Source: the human T2T-CHM13v2.0 reference genome, Homo sapiens
Length of the DNA: 64,000 nucleotides
Assembly: GCF_009914755.1 (NCBI RefSeq)
Contig: NC_060933.1
Direction: 5' to 3' (one strand)
The notes under the pieces were generated by a model. That model worked only from the letters and a program-made list of their open reading frames with translations. It was not told the DNA's origin and ran no database searches. The position numbers were made by a program, and so were the translations under genes. The first letter of the stretch is position 1. Each line of letters starts with the position of its first letter. Below are positions 57,601 through 64,000 of the stretch, one piece after another.

Positions 57601-58745
57601 TCCATTCCATTCCATTCCATTCCGGATGATTCCATTCCATTGCATTCCATTCCATTCCATTCCCCTGCACTCGGGTTGATTCCATTCCATTCCACTCCAT
57701 TCCGTTCCATTCCATTCCATTCCATTTTATTCGGGTTAATTCCATTCCATTCCATTCCATTCCATTCCATTCCATTCCATTCCATTCCATTACCATCGAG
57801 TTGATTCCATTCCATTCCATTCCATTCCACTCCTTTCCATTCCATTCCACTCGGGTTGATTCCATTCTATTAGTTTCCATTCCATTGCATTCCCTTCCAT
57901 TCCACTCTGGTTGATTCCATTCCTTTCCATTCCACTCGAAAACATTCCCTCCTATTCCACTCGGAACGATTCCATTCCATTCCATTCCATTCCATTCCAT
58001 TCCATTCCATTCCATTCCATTTCGTTCCATTCCATTCTATTCCGTATCATTCCATTCCATTCCATTCCATTCCATTCCATTCCATTCCACTCGTGTTGAT
58101 TCCATTCCTTTCCATTCCATTCGGTTTGAATGCATTCCATTCCATTCCATTCCATTCCACTCCCTTCCATTCCATTCCATTCCATTCCATTGTACTCGGG
58201 TTGATTCCATTCCATTGCATTCCATTCCATTCCATTCCATTCCTTTCCATTCCGTTGCATTCCATTCCATTACATTCGGATTGATTCTATTCAACTCCCT
58301 TACTCTCCATTCCATTCCATTCCATTCGGGTTGTTCCATTCCATTCCATTGCATTCCACTCCATTCCACTGCACTCGGGTTGATTCCATTCCATTCCATT
58401 GCATTCCATTCCATTCCGGATGATTCCATTCGATTGCATTCCGTGCCATTACATTCCCCTGCACTCGCGTTGATTCCATTCCATTCCATTCCATTCCATT
58501 CCATCCATTCCGTTCCATTCCGTTACATTCCATTCCATTCCATTCTATTCGGGTTAATTCCATTCCATTCCATTCCATTCCATTCCATTCCATTCTATTC
58601 CATTCCATTGCAATCGAGTTGAATCCATTGCATTTCATTCCATTCCATTCCATTCCATTCCATTCCATTCCATTCCGGAAGATTCCATTCCATGGCATTC
58701 CATTCCATTCCATTCCCCTGCACTCGCGTTGATTCCATTCCATTC
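36285..58745. repeat. ~22-kb duplicated segment, copy 2 (spans strand switch 3)
   Basis: Colinear with 3870-25805. Differs by pentamer copy number, scattered substitutions, a ~609-bp extra block (~41270-41880) and an ~84-bp deletion (~53170). Confidence 0.93.
44825..46645. repeat. Second copy of the imperfect inverted repeat (spacer 45646-45787)
   Basis: Same arms and same 142-bp spacer as 11830-13640; junction offset 32989 bp. Confidence 0.88.
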
Positions 58746-59636
58746 CTCTGCATTCTATTGCACTCGGGTTGATTGATTCCATTCCATTGCATTCCATTCC
58801 ATTCCATTCGATTCCATTCCATTCTGTTCAGGTTAATTCCATTCCATTCCATTCCCTTCCATTCCATTCCATTCCATTCCATTCCATCCCATTGCAATCG
58901 AGGTGATTCCATTGCATTCCATTCCATTCCATTCCATTGCATTCCATTCCATTGCATTCCCCTGCACTCAGATTTATTCCATTCCATTCCTTTCCATTCC
59001 ATTCCGTTCCATTCCTTTCCATTCCATTCTATTTGCGTTAATTCCGTTCCATTCCATTCCATTACATTCCTTTGCAATCGAGTTGATTCCATTCCATTCC
59101 GTTCCATTCCATTCCATTCCATTCCATTCCATTCCATTCCATGCCATTCCACTCGGGTTGATTCCATTCCTTTCCATTCCATTCGAGTTGAATCCATTCC
59201 ATTCCATTCTATTCCATTCGATTCCATTCCATTGCTCACGTGTTCATTCCATTCCATTCCATTCCATTCCATTCCATTCCATTCCATTCCATTTCGTTCC
59301 ATTCCATTCTCTTCCGCAGTATTCCATTCCATTCCATTCCACTCCATTCCATGCCATTTCACTCGGGTTTATTCCATTCCTTTCCATTCCATTCGGGTTG
59401 AATTCATTCCATTCCATTCCATTCCATTCCATTCAATTCCATTACATTGCACTCGGGTTGATTCCATTCCATTCCATTCCATTTCAATCCATTCCCTTCC
59501 ATTCCATTTCTTTCCATTCCATTCCATTCCATTCCATTCCATTCCATGCCATTCCACTCGGGTTGATTCCATTCCTTTCCATTCCATTCTAGTTGAACCC
59601 ATTCCATTCCATTCCATTCCATTCCATTGCACACGG
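45655..59636 (-). repeat. Orientation block 4, GGAAT on - strand (~14 kb)
   Basis: ATTCC pentamers from TGCActcggg to ...attccattgcacacgg. Confidence 0.97.
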
Positions 59637-62590
59637 AATGGAATGGAATGGAAACAACCCGAATGGAATGGAATGCAATGGAGTGTAAGGGAATTGAATA
59701 CAATCAATCCGAATGTAATGGAATGGAATGGAACGGAATGGAATGGAATGGAATGCAGTGGAATGGAATCAAACCTAGTGCAATGGAATGGAATGGAATG
59801 GAATGGAATGGAAGGGATTGGATTCAACCCAAATGGAATGGAAAGCAATGGAATCAACCTGAGTGGAATGGCACGGAATGGAATGGAATGGAATGGAATG
59901 GAATGGAATGGTACAGAATAGAATGGAATGGAACGAAATGGAATGGAATGGAATGGAATGGAACGGAATGGAATGGAATCAACTCGATTGCAATGGAATG
60001 TAATGTAATGGAATGGAATGGAATTAACGCGAATAGAATGGAATGGAATGTAATGGAACGGAATGGAATGGAATGGGATGGAATGGAATCAATCTGAGTG
60101 CAGGGGAATGGAATGGAATGGAATGCAATGGAATGGAATGCAATGGAATGGAATGCAATGGAATCAACTAGATTGCAATGGGATGGAATGGAATGGAATG
60201 GAATGGAAGGCAATGGAATGGAATGGAATTAACCTGAACAGAATGGAATGGAATGGAATGGAACGGAATGGAATGGAATGGAATGGAATGGAATGGAATG
60301 GATTCAAACCGAATGGAATGGAAAGGAATGGAATAAACCCGAGTGAAATGGCTTGGAAGGGAATGGAATGGAATGGAATGGTACGGAGTAGAATGGAATG
60401 GAACGAAATGGAATGGAATGGAATGGAATGGAATGGAATGGAATGGAATGAAATGAACCCGTGAGCAATGGAATGGAATGGAATGGAATGGAAGGGAATG
60501 GAATGGGTTCAATTCGAATGGAATGGAAAGGAATGGAATCAACCCGAGTGCAATGGCATGGAATGGAATGGAATGGAATGGAATGGAATGGATTCAACCC
60601 GAATGGAATGGAAAGGAATGGAATAAACCCGAGTGGAATGGCATGGAATGGAGTGGAATGGAATGGAATGGAATGGAATGGAATGGAATGGAATTAACCC
60701 TAATAGAATGGAATGGAATGGAATGGAATGGAATGGAATGGAAGGGAATGGAATGGAATGGAATGGAATGGAATTAACACGAATAGAATGGAATGGAATG
60801 GAATGGAATGGAATGGAATGGAATCAACTCGATTTCATTGGAATGGAATGGAATGGAATGGAATGGAATGGAAGGGAATGGAATGAAATTAACCCGAATA
60901 GAATGGAATGGAATGGAATGGAATGGAATGGAATGGAATGGAATGGAATGGAATAGAATGGAATCCAACCGAGTGCAGTGGAATGGAATGGAATGGAATG
61001 CAATGGAATGGAATCATACGGAATGGAATGGAATGGAATGGAATGAAATGGAATGGAATGCAATGGAATGGAATGGAATCAACCCGATTGCAATGCAATG
61101 GAGTGGAATGGAATGGAATGGAATGGAAACAACCCGAATGGAATGGAATGTAATGGAGAGTAAGGGAATTGAATAGAATCAATACGAATGTAATGGAATG
61201 GAATGGAACGGAATGGAATGCAATGGAATGGAATGGAATGCAATGGAATGGGATCAACCCGAGTGAAATGGAATGGAATCGAAAGGAATGGAATGGAATG
61301 GAATGGTTTCAACCAGAATGGAATGGAAAGGAATGGAATCAACCCGAGTGGAACGGAATGGAGTGGAATGGAATGGAATGGAATGGAATGGAATGGGTTC
61401 AACTCGAATGGAATGGAAAAGAATGGAATCAACCCGAGTGGAATGGCATGGAATGGAATGGAATGGAATGGAATGGAATGGAATGGATTCAACCCGAATG
61501 GAATGGAAGGGAATGGAATAAACCCGAGTGGAATGGCATGGAATGGAGTGGAATGGAATTGAATGGAAGAAAATGGTACGGAATAGAATGGAATGGAACG
61601 AAATGGAATGGAATGGAATGGAATGGAATGGAATGAACCCGTGTGCAATTGAATGGAATCGAATGGAATGGAATGCAATGGAATGGATTCAACTAGAATG
61701 GAATGGAAAGGAATGGAATCAACCCGAGTGGAATGGCATGGCATGGAATGGAATGGAATGGAATGGAAAGGAATGGTACGGAATAGAATGGAATGGAACG
61801 AAATGGAATGGAATGGAATGGAATGGAATGGAATGGAATAGAATGGAATGGAATAGAATGGAATCCACCCGATTGCAGGGGAATGGAATGGAATGGAATG
61901 GAATGGAATGGAATGGAATGGAATGGATTCAACCCGAATGGAATGGAAAGGAATGGAATCAACCCGAGTGGATTGGCATGGAATGGAATGGAATGGAATG
62001 GAATGGTAGGGAATAGAATGGAATGGAACGAAATGGAATGGAATGGAATGGAATGGAATGGAATGGAATGGAATGGAATCAACCTGAGTGCAATGGAATG
62101 GAGTGGAAGGGAATGTAATGGAACGGAAACAACACGAATGTAATGGAATGTAATGGAGTGTAAGGGAATTGAATACAATCAATCCGAATGTAATGGAATG
62201 GAATGGAATGGAATGGAATGGAATGCAATGGAATGGAATGGAATGGAATGGAATGGAATGGAATAAAATGGAATGGCAGGGAATGGAATGGAATCAACCC
62301 GAGTGCAATGGAATGGAATGGAATGGAATGGAATGGAATGGAATGGAATGGATTCAACCCGAATGGAATGGAAAGGAATGGAATAAACCCGAGTGGAATG
62401 GCATGGAATGGAATGGAATGGAATAGAATGGTACGGAATAGAATGGAATGGAACGAAATGGAATGGAATGGAATGGAATGGAATGGAATGGAATGGAATG
62501 GAATCAACCTGAGTGCAATGGAATGGAATGGAATGGAATGGAATGGAATGGAATGGAATGGAAACAACCCGAATGGAATGGAATGGAATG
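58745..62590. repeat. Dialect-B HSat3 sub-domain spanning strand switch 4
   Basis: Repeated gattcaacccgaatggaatggaaaggaatggaat(c/a)aacccgagtggaatggcatgg and gaacccgtg(a/t)gcaa. No perfect HSE. Unbroken 5-bp register from 59641. Confidence 0.75.
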
Positions 62591-64000
62591 GAATGGAATG
62601 GAATGGAATGCAATGGAATGGAATCATCCATAATGGAATGGAATGGAATGGAATGGAATGGAATGGAATGGAATGGAATGGAATGGAATGGAATGGAATC
62701 AACTCGATTGCAATCGAATGGAATGGAATGGAATTAACCCGAATAGAATGGAATGCAAAGGAATGGAACGGAACGGAATGGAATGGAATGGAATGGAATG
62801 GAATGGAACGGAAAGGAAGGGAATGGAATGGAATAGAATGGAATGGAATGGAATCAACGCGAGTGCAGGGGAATGGAATGGAATGGAATGCAATGGAATG
62901 CAATCTTCCGGAATGGAATGGAATGGAATGGTATGGAATGGAATGGAATGGTACGGAATAGAATGGAATGGAACGAATTGTAATGGAATGGAATTGAATG
63001 GAATGGAATGGAAGGGAATGGAATCAACGCGAGTGCAGGGGAATGTAATGGAATGGAATGCAATGGAATGGAATCATCCGGAATGGAATGGAATGGAATG
63101 GAATGGAATGGAATCAACCCGAATGCAATGGAATGGAGTGGAATGGAATGGAATGGAACGGAATGGAACAACCAGAATGGAATGGAATGTAATGGAGAGT
63201 AAGGGAGTTGAATAGAATCAATCCGAATGTAATGGAATGGAATGCAACGGAATGGAATGGAATGGAATGGAATGGAATGCAATGGAATGGAATCAACCCG
63301 AGTACAATGAAATGGAATGGAATGGAATGGAATGGAATGGAATGGAATGGAATGGAATGGAATGAAATGGAATGGCAGGGAATGGAATGGAATCAACCCG
63401 AGTGCAAAGGAATGGAATGGAATGGAATGGAATGGAATGGAATGGAATGGAATGGATTCAACCCGAATGGAATGGAAAGGAATGGAATAAACCTGAGTGG
63501 AATCGCATGGAATGGAATGGAATGGAATGGAATGGAATGGTACGGAATAGAATGGAATGGAACGAAATGGAATGGAATGTAATGGAATGGAATGGAATCA
63601 ACCTGAGTGCAATGGAATGGAGTGGAATGGAATGTAATGGAATGGAAACAACCCGAATGGAATGGAATGTAATGGAGTGTAAGGGAATTGAATACAATCA
63701 ATCCGAATGTAATGGAATGGAATGAAACGGAAGGGAATGGAATGGAATGCAGTGGAATGGAATCAAACCTAGTGCAATGGAATGGAATGGAATGGAATGG
63801 AATGGAATGGAATGGAATACTGCGGAAGAGAATGGAATGGAACGAAATGGAATGGAATGGAATGGAATGGAATGGAATGGAATGGAATCAACACGAGTGC
63901 AGTGTAATGGAATCGAATGGAATGGAATGGAATGGAATGGATTCAACACGAATGGAATGGAAACGAATGGAATAAACCCGAGTGGAATGGCATGGAATGG
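59633..64000 (+). repeat. Orientation block 5, GGAAT on + strand (runs off the window)
   Basis: acggaatggaatgg... continues to the window end. Confidence 0.97.
62590..63360 (+). repeat. Inverted copy of ~25800-26560 (dialect A) embedded in dialect B
   Basis: Private variants shared in reverse complement: gaatcatccataatgg 62621 / ccattatggatgattc ~26509; gcaatcttccgg 62900 / ccggaagattgc ~26244; agtacaatgaaatgg 63301 / catttcattgtact 25841. Confidence 0.88.

Larger units (their letters stand above)
1..64000. repeat. Human Satellite 3 (HSat3 / Sat III)-type pentameric satellite array
   Basis: Continuous (GGAAT)n/(ATTCC)n with the recurring CAACCCGAGT/ACTCGGGTTG 10-mer that classically distinguishes satellite 3. 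No unique sequence or interspersed element anywhere. Confidence 0.97.

Noticed and set aside
6-63975. Hundreds of ORFs encoding MEWNG or IPFHS repeats (up to 382 aa, e.g. 58773-59921)
   Set aside because: Pure (GGAAT)n has an ATG every 5 bp and no stop codon on either strand, so overlapping ORFs in all frames are expected. There are no domains or gene structure. Translation of Sat III RNA cannot be inferred from sequence.
1-64000. CRISPR-like alternation of conserved motifs and intervening sequence
   Set aside because: The intervening sequence is the pentamer itself rather than unique spacers, the spacing is irregular, and there are no cas genes.
1-64000. Assignment to HSat2 or to telomeric repeat
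   Set aside because: Long pure GGAAT runs and CAACCCGAGT indicate Sat3. The CATTCGATTC-dominated pattern of HSat2 is only sporadic, and there are no TTAGGG arrays.
1-64000. GGAA microsatellite (EWS-FLI1-type) enhancer or G-quadruplex array
   Set aside because: The period is 5 (GGAAT) rather than tandem GGAA, and G-runs of three or more are isolated, so the canonical G4 pattern is not met.

Overview
The whole 64 kb is (GGAAT)n/(CATTC)n satellite carrying the CAACCCGA(G/A)T 10-mer, i.e. Human Satellite 3 (HSat3/Sat III)-type pericentromeric heterochromatin of a human or great ape. It contains no real genes, RNA genes or transposon insertions; all listed ORFs are MEWNG/IPFHS by-products of the pentamer. 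The structure is complex. (1) There are five orientation blocks separated by four strand switches (~12666, ~36284, ~45655, ~59633). (2) A ~22-kb near-identical duplication (~3870-25805 = ~36285-58745) carries a copy of the first switch. (3) The first and third switches are fold-back-type quasi-palindromes with ~830-bp arms and a 142-bp spacer, and the second is an 18-bp hairpin with a GGA loop exactly at the duplication start. (4) Two sequence dialects are interleaved, and the last 5 kb is a rearranged patchwork. (5) About 37 perfect three-unit heat-shock elements (gGAAtcTTCcgGAAt) are embedded in one dialect only. Frequent inversions plus HSEs fit the chr9q12 HSat3 block, but that location is inference. 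All comparisons were made by eye, so segment edges are approximate while junction bases were read directly.
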